DNA of 64,000 bases. Source: an uncultured delta proteobacterium (GTDB lineage: Bacteria > Bdellovibrionota > FAC87 > UBA2466). The DNA lies in assembly GCA_963778115.1 (NCBI GenBank), contig CAVZSV010000004.1, positions 1,664,001-1,728,000 on the forward strand. The letters are read 5' to 3'. The notes under the pieces were generated by a model that saw only the letters and a list, made by a program, of their open reading frames with translations, was not told the DNA's origin and did not search any database. Positions 17,295 through 27,741 of this stretch are shown one piece after another. Numbering within the stretch: the stretch's first letter is position 1; each line of letters starts with the position of its first letter. A program made the translations under genes and the position numbers.

Positions 17295-18935
17295 CTATTG
17301 TTCGTTAATGCGCTTTTCTAGCCCTTGAAGGACTTCTCTTTGGAAATCTTCCATGCGCTTTTTCATTCCCTGGGAGCGGAACGAGTCGTAAACCATTTCG
17401 GCTAGGACTAATCGAGCACGGTCCATCGCTTTTTCGATAACAATTTTGACTTTGGGATCGACTCCCGACGTCGGGTATTGGGATTTTTTGATTAGTTCGG
17501 CAGTGGCTTCGTCGTCTCCCTTAAGCCAGTGCTGAATGGCGGTGACCACTTGAGCGGAGGCGGGGGCATACAAGGATGCCCAGCTTTTTGAGTCATACCG
17601 TCTTGCTGCATCCAAAATCGTCTTTTCTGAATTGGTACGAGAAGCCCCAAAACTTTTTGCTAGCGCAGATCCTAACGGACTCTCGGAAATACCACTCAAA
17701 ACTTTGATCAACAGTAATTTTGCCGTTCTACCATTGGATTCGTGTTGATTTTTCTTCAGATACTGCAAAATGGGACGTACGGCAAAGGCAGATCGGTGAA
17801 TTCCCGGTAGAAACTCGGACAATTTATCTAGATATTTTAAATCGTCCGTTCCGTCCACGAAATGGCTCGAACAAATATCACAAGCGAGTTTCGTGTTGCT
17901 CGCTTGCATCTTCTTGTCGTTGTCATTTTTTGCCTCGCCGGGGAAACAACACGACGAACACGCATAGGCATAATCAACGTGCACACCGTGAGCAAGTCCC
18001 CAGGCGGGATGAAAGAGTTCGTGAAGAAGCGTCTGCTTGAAGCTTTGCTCTGTCGCTGATTGCAGAAACTTGGGATTTAGCACAATAAAGGCGTCATTCG
18101 ACGAAAGCGATGATACAGCGTTTCGGGTTCCCCAGGGCTCGTTAAACATGCACATGAGTCTAGGGTGGGGATCTTTAAGTAGCAGCGCTCCGATAGCGGC
18201 GACGTGAACTTTGCCCTCCCCGCCGTGATCCCAGAGACATTGCGTCCCTTCTATCAAAGACCGACGAAACATCTCGTCTATCTTGGGTTGAGAATCGAAA
18301 CAGGCTTTTTCGATCTGAAAGCCAAAATCGGTAGGCTGATAATTGGCGTCGGCTTCCGCGAGCTTGTCGAAAGGATTGGCAATATCACTAAGTCCCTGCA
18401 CCCCCTCCATTGCCTTCGAATACTCGGACTTTACGTCTTCTGAATCTGCTGGGTCATCCTCTTGAATGGCAGGATAGCGGCCTATCGAAACCACTTTCCA
18501 ATCTGGCTTCTTCGTTCCGAAGTTTCTTTCGCTAGTGCGAACGATGTATTTGCCCTCTCTGATGATGGTCACTCTGAGATTTGCTTTGCCTTTAAAGTGG
18601 GAATCAAACCGACGCACGATCGATCCATCGGGCTTAAACGTCGTGTATTCGTCGGTCTTGCCGTCTCCATCCCAATCTCGCGCATGACTGATGAAGCGTT
18701 TAGCGGCAAAACAATCGGTCACGTGCGGCTTTCCATCACCCAGCGTGTCGCTGCTCCGACACCATTGGCCGTCTTTTTTCTGGGTATTCCAGAAAACAGT
18801 TTTACCTTGATAAGCGACTTGGGCCGGTGTTTTGCTCAAAAGAGCGCCTAGAAGATTAGACTCTGACCTGGGCGCACGAGAGGCCCCGGCGGATAGACCT
18901 AAGGTAACTAAGAAAACCCATCCCCATTTGCCCAT
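17295..18935 (-). CDS. Secreted protein with HExxH zincin-like motif
   Basis: Signal peptide, DWDGDGKTD repeat-like motif, TLLHELFH, Cys cluster. Confidence 0.65.
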   Translation of the reverse strand: MGKWGWVFLVTLGLSAGASRAPRSESNLLGALLSKTPAQVAYQGKTVFWNTQKKDGQWCRSSDTLGDGKPHVTDCFAAKRFISHARDWDGDGKTDEYTTFKPDGSIVRRFDSHFKGKANLRVTIIREGKYIVRTSERNFGTKKPDWKVVSIGRYPAIQEDDPADSEDVKSEYSKAMEGVQGLSDIANPFDKLAEADANYQPTDFGFQIEKACFDSQPKIDEMFRRSLIEGTQCLWDHGGEGKVHVAAIGALLLKDPHPRLMCMFNEPWGTRNAVSSLSSNDAFIVLNPKFLQSATEQSFKQTLLHELFHPAWGLAHGVHVDYAYACSSCCFPGEAKNDNDKKMQASNTKLACDICSSHFVDGTDDLKYLDKLSEFLPGIHRSAFAVRPILQYLKKNQHESNGRTAKLLLIKVLSGISESPLGSALAKSFGASRTNSEKTILDAARRYDSKSWASLYAPASAQVVTAIQHWLKGDDEATAELIKKSQYPTSGVDPKVKIVIEKAMDRARLVLAEMVYDSFRSQGMKKRMEDFQREVLQGLEKRINEQ

Positions 18936-19063
18936 ATCTGATTAAGCCATTCGTTTGCGAAAGAGCCGTAGATTCTAGTAAATCGTTTGACCCCTCGTCT
19001 AAGTAGAGTAAGCGTTAGTTTACTCACGTTCGGCCACAAATTCAAAGAGTCGCGGTTTTCTTC

Positions 19064-19642
19064 TTAGAGGGGTCGGGACCTGCGTTTCGCTTGATCTAGC
19101 CAGGCATCTAAAAGAGGCTGGTCACTGGGAAATAATTCCCGGGAGTCGAAAGGTCCATTTTCGAACTCTCTTTCATCTTCATACCAGGGTTGAGACTGAT
19201 GCGCCCTCAAAGCGGATTCGCTCGCGGTATCGACCCCTAGCTGTACCAATACCCGATCCCGATCCTCTACGCTAAGTGACGTGAACTCATGTCCCTTCAG
19301 ACCCGCGGATAGGATGGCATGACCGTAGATAGTCTTACTTGCTATCTCGTTCAACTGGGTTATAGACCTTCGACCTTGAGTTTTCTGAAGCAACTGAAGG
19401 TAATCAAAGTAAAGGGTGTACAGCCGGTTTCCGAACACATCTCGGAGCAGCCCCTTGTTCATTCGAAGAAGTAAGTTCCGTTTTTCACTCGAAACCGACA
19501 GCTCTCCCCTGATAGAAACAGGCAGCGCGCAATTCTGTCTTGTCCCCGCTTGATCTGCCAGGGCTTGGCGAGGCTCAGACGCATTAAACAAGCATATGAG
19601 TGCCAGTACCCCCAGTAATAGTCTAATTCTCCAAACCCGCAT
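19064..19642 (-). CDS. Hypothetical exported protein
   Basis: 192-aa ORF with signal-like N-terminus. Confidence 0.55.
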   Translation of the reverse strand: MRVWRIRLLLGVLALICLFNASEPRQALADQAGTRQNCALPVSIRGELSVSSEKRNLLLRMNKGLLRDVFGNRLYTLYFDYLQLLQKTQGRRSITQLNEIASKTIYGHAILSAGLKGHEFTSLSVEDRDRVLVQLGVDTASESALRAHQSQPWYEDEREFENGPFDSRELFPSDQPLLDAWLDQAKRRSRPL

Positions 19643-19818
19643 TCCCGTCCCTCTAAAGTAACTTTAATCACAAAAAAAAAAACACGTCGAGTGTGGCATT
19701 TCTGAAAATCGCACAGCGGAGACACTACAAATGATTTGACACGCCATTTCGATGCAACGTCCTTTGATGCCCTACGCTATCCGCCTTACTCTAGGTAATC
19801 GGAAAGGCTATAGCGTTC

Positions 19819-21090
19819 ATGACTAAACTGATTCGGAAAAATATTTTAGTCGGTGCGAGCCTCGTCGGGGTTATTGGCGGGCTGATAGCGCTGGCTTACC
19901 ATTTTATTCTGCAGAACTTACTGAAGTTGGTTTGGGGTGGAATCTATGGGACCTCTTTCCGAGAGGTGTTCTCGGAGACTGGACACCACTGGACGATCAT
20001 CGCTATTACAATGGCCGGAGGGTGTCTTGTCGGTTGTTGTATTAAGTTTCTGGGAAAACCAGGGGAGATCGAGGCCGTCGTTGATAACATCCATCTTACT
20101 CGCGGTCGCCTTGACGTTCGCCAATCCCCGTCGATGATCGTCAATTCGCTGATCTCGATAACAACAGGCGGAAGTGCCGGTCCCGAAGCTCCCCTTGTGC
20201 AGATCATCGGCTCTTTCGCTTCGTGGTTGGGTGAGCGATTGAAACTAAGTGATGACGACGTGAGAACCTATACCTTTTGTGGAATGGCGACGGCCCTGGG
20301 AGCATTTTTCGGAGCGCCTATTGGGGGAGCCCTCTTTGCTTTGGAAATTCCTCACCGAAAGGGACTAGAGTACTACGAGGCACTCCTGCCCTCATGTGTA
20401 GCTGCTGTGATTGGCTTTTTGGTATTCAGAGGAGCTCTTGGCTGGGAAAGACCGATCTATTCTTTACCTTTAATCGAAGTATTTTCGTTTGGTCTGCTTT
20501 TGATGGCTTTGGTCTTAGGAATAGCCGGAGCCTTAGCGGGCGGGATTCTCGCGTTTCTTTTTCAGCGGCTAGAGCTCTTGTCCCATCCCTTCGCTAAATA
20601 CCCCATTCTTCTTTCTTGCATCGGAGGTGCCTTGATTGGACTGGTGGCGGTCTACTTTCCGGAGACGCTCTTTTGGGGTGAGTTCCAGATTCATGACTTG
20701 ATGATCTTAAACGTAAGCGCATCTCACTTTTTCTTGATCGCCTTGATGAAAGCGCTAGCTATCGGACTAACGCTTCACTTTAACTTTCGGGGTGGCTTTA
20801 TCTTTCCGTTATTCTTTATCGGAGCGGCTTTAGGAATGGGTTTGTCGGTTCTGTTTCCGATGCTTCCCCCGGCGGTTATCGTGCTTTCGCTCATGGCGGC
20901 GGTTAACGTAGCGGTGACAAAAACTCCAATTTCGACCACGATCATTTTGACGACGCTTTCGGGAACGAATTTGCTCCCGGTCGTAGCCATCGCATCCTTT
21001 ACTAGTTTTCTCGTCGCATCCAAAGTAGTGGTTATTAAGAGCCAGCGTTCTCGCGTTCCCCATCCCATGACGGTGGAAGCATACTCCTAG
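19819..21090 (+). CDS. ClC-family chloride channel/transporter
   Basis: GGSAGPEAP, FGAPIGGALFALE, GGFIFP motifs; multi-TM. Confidence 0.92.
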   Translation: MTKLIRKNILVGASLVGVIGGLIALAYHFILQNLLKLVWGGIYGTSFREVFSETGHHWTIIAITMAGGCLVGCCIKFLGKPGEIEAVVDNIHLTRGRLDVRQSPSMIVNSLISITTGGSAGPEAPLVQIIGSFASWLGERLKLSDDDVRTYTFCGMATALGAFFGAPIGGALFALEIPHRKGLEYYEALLPSCVAAVIGFLVFRGALGWERPIYSLPLIEVFSFGLLLMALVLGIAGALAGGILAFLFQRLELLSHPFAKYPILLSCIGGALIGLVAVYFPETLFWGEFQIHDLMILNVSASHFFLIALMKALAIGLTLHFNFRGGFIFPLFFIGAALGMGLSVLFPMLPPAVIVLSLMAAVNVAVTKTPISTTIILTTLSGTNLLPVVAIASFTSFLVASKVVVIKSQRSRVPHPMTVEAYS

Positions 21091-21168
21091 TACACAGACC
21101 GAAGAGCCAACTTTGTCACCGCTGTCTACTTGCTAAATAAAATTTCTACTTTTTCAGGCTTACAAAAG

Positions 21169-21184
21169 TGGCAACAATATTGCT
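21169..21184 (+). promoter_or_regulatory. Sigma-54-type promoter
   Basis: TGGCAACAATATTGCT, GG-N10-GC, 70 nt upstream of ATG 21255. Confidence 0.6.
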
Positions 21185-21254
21185 TAGAGTTACTGATAGC
21201 CCTGGGTACGTGACAGTGCCTGTGAACACGAGTTAGCTACAGGAGTTCGTCGAT

Positions 21255-21527
21255 ATGAAGACTTTAGCAGTGTTAATGCTTAGTGTGATTCTCCTCTCGA
21301 CTGCCCCCGTTATGGCTTGTGGCCCTCATGGAGGTTGTGGAATCGGATCGCGTCCTCTTCTTGTCGGAGGAGGGTCCGTAGCCTTTCGTCGCTCAGCTCG
21401 TTTAGGTTTCCGAGCAAATCGTGCCGCTTCTTTTGGTTTATTCGGTCGTGCCAATAGATTGGCCGCCCGCTCCAATGCGGCTTTCGGCCGAGGCCTCTTT
21501 CGCAACGCTCGCTTCAACGGCTTTTAA
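21255..21527 (+). CDS. Small secreted Arg/Gly/Phe-rich protein
   Basis: AGGAG RBS, signal peptide, no acidic residues. Confidence 0.7.
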   Translation: MKTLAVLMLSVILLSTAPVMACGPHGGCGIGSRPLLVGGGSVAFRRSARLGFRANRAASFGLFGRANRLAARSNAAFGRGLFRNARFNGF

Positions 21528-22075
21528 TCTACTAAATTTTCGGTTTCCACCACCGTCGCAAATTCCCCATGGAGGCTCGCTAGATTAATGGCGTGTACCA
21601 ACTCGCCCGGATAGACGGTCCCTTTGGAGTCCTTACGATCGAAAGACGTCGTCGCATCGGAGACTAGGGTACAACGAAATCCCAAATTAGCAGCCATTCG
21701 GATGGAGGTTGAAACGCAATGATCGGAAGCTATTCCTACAAAGACCAGATCATTAATCTCTTTTTCTTTTAACCGCGATTCCAAATTGGTTCCGATAAAA
21801 CAGCTATTTACGTTTTTAGAAATAACAGGCTCCTCACCAATAGGTTTGGCGCACTCCATAAAGGCAACGCCGGGACGGTTCGAATTTAGAGGAGAGTTGG
21901 GTTTACGACTAAGGTGCTGGACGTGGTAAATAGGTCTACCTCTCTCTCGCCAATGAGTTAAGAGTCGATTCACATTTGCCTCCAAAAGCGAATTGCTTCT
22001 TTTTCCCCAGATGGGGTCGTTGAACCCCTCCTGAATGTCTATAAGGATAAGGGCTTTTTTTGTGTCGTTGATCAT
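21524..22075 (-). CDS. Isochorismatase-family cysteine hydrolase
   Basis: LILIDIQ, K...S.F.GT.L, GIASDHCV. Confidence 0.93.
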   Translation of the reverse strand: MINDTKKALILIDIQEGFNDPIWGKRSNSLLEANVNRLLTHWRERGRPIYHVQHLSRKPNSPLNSNRPGVAFMECAKPIGEEPVISKNVNSCFIGTNLESRLKEKEINDLVFVGIASDHCVSTSIRMAANLGFRCTLVSDATTSFDRKDSKGTVYPGELVHAINLASLHGEFATVVETENLVD

Positions 22076-22240
22076 GTTTTTTCCTCCTGGGAATCGAAAG
22101 TAGCGCGAGGTGGCTAATCGGTATAATTCATTATATTGATCTATCGATGACTAGAAACTATCCCTCTTTACCTCGGACTAAGCGGGACAGATTGACGCAC
22201 GCGATGACAGGTCTCCTCAAGTCTGCTAGATACCTTTCCT

Positions 22241-22489
22241 ATGGATCCCTTAACGACATTTGGGCTCTTCGCCGTTACTTCAATGCTGGTTTGTTATGGA
22301 CTCGAGTCCAGAAGCCATTGGTTCATTTTGGGATTCGCAGGAGCGTGTCTATTAGGCTCTGCTTACGGCTTTCTGCAAGGGGCCTGGCCGTTCGGTGGAG
22401 TAGAAGCGATTTGGTCGGTGGTAGCTCTTCGAAGATGGCTTAAAAGCAGGAAAGCAGCCCCTGCTACCTCAGGTATCCCCCATTATTGA
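22241..22489 (+). CDS. Small membrane protein
   Basis: Three hydrophobic segments, YGFLQGAWPFG.VEAIW. Confidence 0.75.
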   Translation: MDPLTTFGLFAVTSMLVCYGLESRSHWFILGFAGACLLGSAYGFLQGAWPFGGVEAIWSVVALRRWLKSRKAAPATSGIPHY

Positions 22490-23198
22490 GATCAATGACC
22501 GAGCCTGTCGTATGTCGGCTTTCCTCGCTCATTAAAAACCAGATTGCAGCAGCCACGGCTTGCGGGGATATTCGACCCTTCAGCCTCTCACTTTTTTCAA
22601 ACTCGTCCAGCCGCCATTTGGGAATTTTCTGAATCATCGTCGTGTCGACGAGTCCCGGTGCCACAGCATTAACTCTCACGTACGGAGCGAAAGTTAACGC
22701 ACACGATTTGGTAAGTCCGATAAGACCCGCTTTAGTGACTCCATACAGAGCGTCCGAGCTGCCTTCAAAGGCAGAGACCGAAGAGACATTGACTATGGTC
22801 CCTTTCCGCTGCGCTTTCACTAGAATCTTTCCCACGGTTTGAGAGAGCTGAATAGCGGCAAAAAGATTAACGGCGATCACACTTTGCATTTCTGCTACCG
22901 AGTAATCGAAAAGATCGCGACCCAGATAGATGCCGGCGTTGTTAATAAGTCCAGCTAGTCCGGACACTCGCTGGGCCAGGATCTCGCCAAAACTTTGCAC
23001 ACGCGCACAGTCGCTAATATCAAAAACTTCAGATTCGACCTTGATATTGGAAAACTTGCTTCGAACTTCTGCAACCAGCTGCTTAAGCCCCTCCGCATCC
23101 TTATCGCAAGCAAAGATAGAGAGCCCTTCGCTTGCCAAACGATCCACTATCGCTCTTCCAATACCGCCCGCCGCCCCCGTCACTAGAATGGTACCCAT
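22464..23198 (-). CDS. SDR-family oxidoreductase
   Basis: TGAAGGIG, NNAG, YGVTK, NAVAPG. Confidence 0.95.
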   Translation of the reverse strand: MGTILVTGAAGGIGRAIVDRLASEGLSIFACDKDAEGLKQLVAEVRSKFSNIKVESEVFDISDCARVQSFGEILAQRVSGLAGLINNAGIYLGRDLFDYSVAEMQSVIAVNLFAAIQLSQTVGKILVKAQRKGTIVNVSSVSAFEGSSDALYGVTKAGLIGLTKSCALTFAPYVRVNAVAPGLVDTTMIQKIPKWRLDEFEKSERLKGRISPQAVAAAIWFLMSEESRHTTGSVIDLNNGGYLR

Positions 23199-23312
23199 AT
23201 TATCCTCTCAGAAGTCTCTCAGTTCGTAGAAATCGATTTGTAGATTCATCACTGTCACTTCCCATGGTAACAGAATTGTCGAGAGCGATTCAAACCTACG
23301 TGAATCGTGGTG

Positions 23313-24191
23313 TCATGACTCGAAAAAATTTAAGAGCTTTTTCATAAACTCCCGGGGCTGCTTTTCAAGGGTATCTTTTTGCCGTTTCAAAATCCCTATC
23401 GTCCTTAGCAACTTCGGCGTCTTAAGCGGTTTCACTAGGATGTCGGTCGTCTTGGGCACGGAATAACGCGGAATAATGACAAGCCCGATCCCTTCCCTCA
23501 CCATATCGATTAACCATTCCTCTCGATTACTTCGATAAGCGGCATAGAGCTCAATCCCTCCGGATTTGAGCTTTTCATTAAGGGCTTCGCGCATCTCACA
23601 ATTTAGGCGATCCAAATAAGGCTCGTTCTGAAGATCGGTTAGAGCTATATCCGATTTAGCGCTTAGCGGATGGTTCTTGTTCAGGGCAATGACATAGTCC
23701 TCTTCATATAGCTCTTGGAAACTAACCCCCTTATCGAGCTGTTTAGGGGCCGGACAAATAATGCATTCGAGCTCTCGATTCCGCCATTTCTCAACTAATA
23801 CCTTCTCGGGATCAACAATGAGCTCAAGCTCTACGCGAGGATGCTCCTTTTGGTATTTAGCCAAAAACGGATTCAATTTCTGGGTACCTATCGAATGCAT
23901 TACCCCAATGCGGAGCGGACTTTTCTTTAGTCTCTGAAAGCGAACAGCCTTCTCTTTTATATGAAGACTCGTTTCGTACATATTTCGAAAGTTCGCCTCT
24001 ATCAGACGCCCCAAGGAGGTGAGCTCAGCCCCCTGTCTTCCACGAGAAAAAAGGGCTCCTCCAAACTCGTCCTCCAACCTGTGAATGGCTTGAGTCAGGG
24101 AAGGTTGAGAAACAAAACTTAGCTGGGCCGCTTTCGTGAAGTTCTTACTTTCACAGACGGCCAAAAAGTAGCGAATCTGGTGCATCTCCAT
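23313..24191 (-). CDS. LysR-family transcriptional regulator
   Basis: QIRYFLAV...NFTKAAQLSFVSQPSLTQAI HTH; divergent from the EthD-family gene. Confidence 0.95.
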   Translation of the reverse strand: MEMHQIRYFLAVCESKNFTKAAQLSFVSQPSLTQAIHRLEDEFGGALFSRGRQGAELTSLGRLIEANFRNMYETSLHIKEKAVRFQRLKKSPLRIGVMHSIGTQKLNPFLAKYQKEHPRVELELIVDPEKVLVEKWRNRELECIICPAPKQLDKGVSFQELYEEDYVIALNKNHPLSAKSDIALTDLQNEPYLDRLNCEMREALNEKLKSGGIELYAAYRSNREEWLIDMVREGIGLVIIPRYSVPKTTDILVKPLKTPKLLRTIGILKRQKDTLEKQPREFMKKLLNFFES

Positions 24192-24304
24192 GGAGGCGGG
24201 ATACCATAGGTAATAACTATGGATCAATGGGAATAAAGTATTAGAGGCTTTGTAACATTTTAGCTAAGTTGAGCCCATGTCGAACACATACATAGGAGTT
24301 ACTT

Positions 24305-24631
24305 ATGAAAAAGGCAAAATTAATGGTCATTTACCCCACCCCGAAAAACGTCGAGCTCTTCGAGATCCGCTATGCCGCCGAGCACGTTCCCATGGCGGTG
24401 GAAAAATTAAAGGGAAAAACGAGCTTTGAGGCCACAATAGTTAAAGCGGCCGCCGGAGGACAAACTCCGCCTTACCACAGAATAGCTGAAGTCTATTTCC
24501 CTTCATTAGAAGCGTTGAATGCTTGCCTCAATTCCGAAGGGGGAAAACAGACCGCGGCCCATGCGGTTGAAATCTCCACCGGTGGTACTCCTCTGTTCCT
24601 AATCTCGGAATCGGAAGAGACTACGTTCTAG
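24305..24631 (+). CDS. EthD-family reductase
   Basis: Y...H.P, YHRIAEVYFPS motifs; AGGAG RBS. Confidence 0.85.
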   Translation: MKKAKLMVIYPTPKNVELFEIRYAAEHVPMAVEKLKGKTSFEATIVKAAAGGQTPPYHRIAEVYFPSLEALNACLNSEGGKQTAAHAVEISTGGTPLFLISESEETTF

Positions 24632-24733
24632 ATATGGGCATGGGTTGGGGGCTGGTGGGGGTTAATCCGCAAAGCGGATTTCCTCTCTTAAGGTATAATT
24701 AAAATAGTCACGTCGATAAGGGCTCCCCATTCC

Positions 24734-25422
24734 ATGAAGCGAATACTCTATGGCATTCTAATAGCATTTTGCGTCTCTAGCTCTGGCCGAGCAGATGAAC
24801 TGATGGTGGAACCGGGTCCTAACGACAGTTGGGTGGTAACCTCTCGGGGGGATTCGTACACCATTAAGCACGAAGTGGTTCCCGGCCAGCGGTACGAAGT
24901 CTTGCGCCTAAAGGGTAGCAAAGGGCCTTCGGAGGGGGTTCTTCAGTTCGATCGAACGAGCACGGGTATTGTCTTAGATAGCGTTCGCGGCGCGCGACAT
25001 AAGCCAGGAACGGGCCACGCCTTACAGGGGGTTCTGTTGGCGACATTTTCCGATTCGGGCCCTATTCGGGGGAACTCGCTGAAAATAACTTAGCACGTTT
25101 TGTGGCCCTCACATGGAAGGACCGATCCCCCAGCATTCAAACGCTATCCGAAAATATTCCGTTCTTTGCATTCGAAGGATACGACTACCGCGTCAGCATC
25201 GAAGGGGATGAAGTTTTTGTAGAGATGAAAAAAAACCCTCTGGGAATTTCTAGCCTTGCCGGGCCGATTCGTATCTCAGACGAGACGCATGCTTTATTAC
25301 GTCGACGAATCCAGCAGACGCCCCTAGAGCACTGGGGCTCGGTAGCTCCCCGTAATCTTCCCCCTACTACTGTCGTCATCGCGCCTCATTGTCCGCTTGA
25401 GGAATTGGCCGACGCTAAGTAA
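24734..25422 (+). pseudogene. Exported hypothetical protein apparently frameshifted at the G5 run 25068-25072
   Basis: One extra G joins 24734..25093 to 25102..25422 (GPIRGELAENNLARFVALTW). Confidence 0.45.
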
Positions 25423-25627
25423 GGCAGATAGCTCCCGCAGTGAAATTCACTCGTTGGGGATCTACGAGGTAAACCTACTCCGCGGCAATCGCCGCTAGGC
25501 TCCCTCTCCGCTAGAATCACAATTAGGGACACTCAAAATACAAGAAGGTAGGCCGTACCTTTATGTAAGGCTAGAATTACGGGTAGGAGTTGGCCTGCCC
25601 GTTGAAGGGGTAAAGTTTACCTTTCCC

Positions 25628-26368
25628 TCAGTGATGAAAGAGGGCTGAGACCAAAGATTTGCGATGGGCCAAGAATGTTCTTGCGGAAATTAGACTAGGT
25701 TGCATGATTCCGGGCCCGTGAAGTTTGCCCAAAGCGCAATGACCCATTTCGTGAAATACCAAAGCTTCTTTTGAAGCCTCCGATAATTTACTCCATTGCT
25801 TTTCATCGACGACCACTCTGGCTGGCGTGAGCGATGTCCCCGTGATGCATTCAGCGAGATTATGACTACTAAGGGCGGTATTCCCTGGTTTTCCCCATTC
25901 AAAGCGCGGGGTACGATAGGTAACGCCCGCTCTTTCACTCTCCTTTTCGAAGGAGTTCAAATATTTGCTGAATGCCGGATTACTAGCACAACTTACCAAG
26001 AAAGCGACCACGGAGATTAGCTTCAGGTAACCCCAAAATAATTGGACTATCTCATCGCGAAAATGATGGAGCGAATTATCTAAAGCATCGAGATAGGTTT
26101 CGCCTCGATCGCGACGGGGATTAAATTGCCGAATCCGCTTCGACTGTTGAGTCGGGATACGGGCATATTCCGAGCGTTGGTAGGGAGGATCCGCGTTCTT
26201 AAACGGTGCCGATTTTTTTAAGTCATAGCCAAAGTCCACTTCCGAAGAAATAGCTACGCTAGATCCGCTAGGGTTCTGAAATAACGAGGGCTCTTTGGCT
26301 ATACTGGTTTGACAGTAAAGGACTCCTATAAACAGAATTATCGGAAAAGACCATCCACGGAAAGCCAT
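25628..26368 (-). CDS. Putative metalloprotease (HEMGHxxxxxxH)
   Basis: LVFHEMGHCALGKLHGPGIM; internal lipobox-like FLVSC, so the true start may be internal. Confidence 0.6.
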   Translation of the reverse strand: MAFRGWSFPIILFIGVLYCQTSIAKEPSLFQNPSGSSVAISSEVDFGYDLKKSAPFKNADPPYQRSEYARIPTQQSKRIRQFNPRRDRGETYLDALDNSLHHFRDEIVQLFWGYLKLISVVAFLVSCASNPAFSKYLNSFEKESERAGVTYRTPRFEWGKPGNTALSSHNLAECITGTSLTPARVVVDEKQWSKLSEASKEALVFHEMGHCALGKLHGPGIMQPSLISARTFLAHRKSLVSALFHH

Positions 26369-26613
26369 ACGGCCTCCTAAAGAAAGACCGAGACGGAATC
26401 ATGTGTAGAGAAAATAGACAGGATGGTTTAACTACCGACGTTCCACTTGGTCTATCTAATTTAAGGGTAGCCCCCAATCTTGCTCCAAAAATGCCGCAGC
26501 TAACCTATTAGAGTCTCGGAGTTTTGTCCGTTCTTCGTTAAATATGGCGTGTAAAGTTCGGCACTTCTTTACTATAATTTTTATTCCGCTTACTGTTTCA
26601 CGAAGGGGGAAAA

Positions 26614-27738
26614 ATGCATTCGACTCGCCAGATTCCGTTTTTCAACTATCCGTCCCAATTTCTTTCCCAAGAAAAAGAGATTATGGAAGTCTTCCGCGAG
26701 GTGATGTCTCGCGGCGCGTTTATTTTGCAAAAGGACCTGGAGGAATTCGAGCGTTCTTTAGCCTCCTTCGTCGGAGCTAAGTACGCTTTCGGAGTCGCCG
26801 ACGGCTCCAACGCCCTCATCTTGGCTCTTCTCGCCGCCGGCATTAAACCGGGCGATGAAATTATTGTTCCCTCGCATACCTTTATAGCTTCCCCTTCGGC
26901 TATTCACTGGGTGGGTGCCACCCCCATTTTGGCGGACTGCGGCGCTGACCATATGATATGTGCCGAAAGCGTTGCTTCCTTAGTAACGCCCAAGACAAAA
27001 GCGATCATGCCGGTCCAACTTAACGGGCGCACCGCAAATATGGACGCACTCACCGCCGTCGCAAAGCAGCATAATCTAGCCATCGTTGAGGACGCGGCAC
27101 AAGCTCTGGGCTCCAAGTTTAACGGAAAGGCCGCAGGTACCTTTGGCGCTGCCGGAACCATCAGCTTTTATCCGGCCAAACTATTAGGATGTTACGGAGA
27201 CGGAGGTGCAGTCATTACTAATGATGACAAAGTGGCCGCCAACATCTTTATGTTGCGAGATCATGGAAGAGACCCCGAGGGAGTAGTACGGTGTTGGGGA
27301 TTTAATTCTCGTCTGGATAACCTTCAAGCGGCCGTCCTGAGCTTTAAATTAAAATCATTTCCGGCGGAGATTCAGCGTCGCCGTGAGATAGCTAAACTCT
27401 ACCAAGAAGGACTCTCAGGCCTTTCCGAGCTACTGCTACCGCCCGCTCCCGGAGCAGACCCGCGGCATTTCGACGTCTATCAAAACTACGAAGTAGAAGC
27501 CAACGACAGGGATCGGCTGCGAAGCTTTCTCCAAGAGCGAGGGGTCAAGACTATCATTCAATGGGGTGGTAAGGCGGTTCACCAGTTTGAGACTTTGGGG
27601 TTGAAGCCAACACCGGTTCCCTACACCGAACAGATGTTTAAGAAGTGTTTCTTACTTCCGATGAACACCACACTTTCCAATGAAGACGTGCAATACATCT
27701 GTGAAAATATTCGAACCTTTTACGGCCGGAGCAGTTAA
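26614..27738 (+). CDS. DegT/DnrJ/EryC1/StrS aminotransferase
   Basis: VEDAAQALG, SFYPAKLLGCYGDGG, NSRLD. Confidence 0.95.
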   Translation: MHSTRQIPFFNYPSQFLSQEKEIMEVFREVMSRGAFILQKDLEEFERSLASFVGAKYAFGVADGSNALILALLAAGIKPGDEIIVPSHTFIASPSAIHWVGATPILADCGADHMICAESVASLVTPKTKAIMPVQLNGRTANMDALTAVAKQHNLAIVEDAAQALGSKFNGKAAGTFGAAGTISFYPAKLLGCYGDGGAVITNDDKVAANIFMLRDHGRDPEGVVRCWGFNSRLDNLQAAVLSFKLKSFPAEIQRRREIAKLYQEGLSGLSELLLPPAPGADPRHFDVYQNYEVEANDRDRLRSFLQERGVKTIIQWGGKAVHQFETLGLKPTPVPYTEQMFKKCFLLPMNTTLSNEDVQYICENIRTFYGRSS

Positions 27739-27741
27739 TTC

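Noticed and set aside
19819..21090. Fluoride-specific CLC-F or fluoride riboswitch
   Set aside because: Has GPEAP/GGFIFP rather than the GREGT/GEVTP signatures; no riboswitch recognised upstream.
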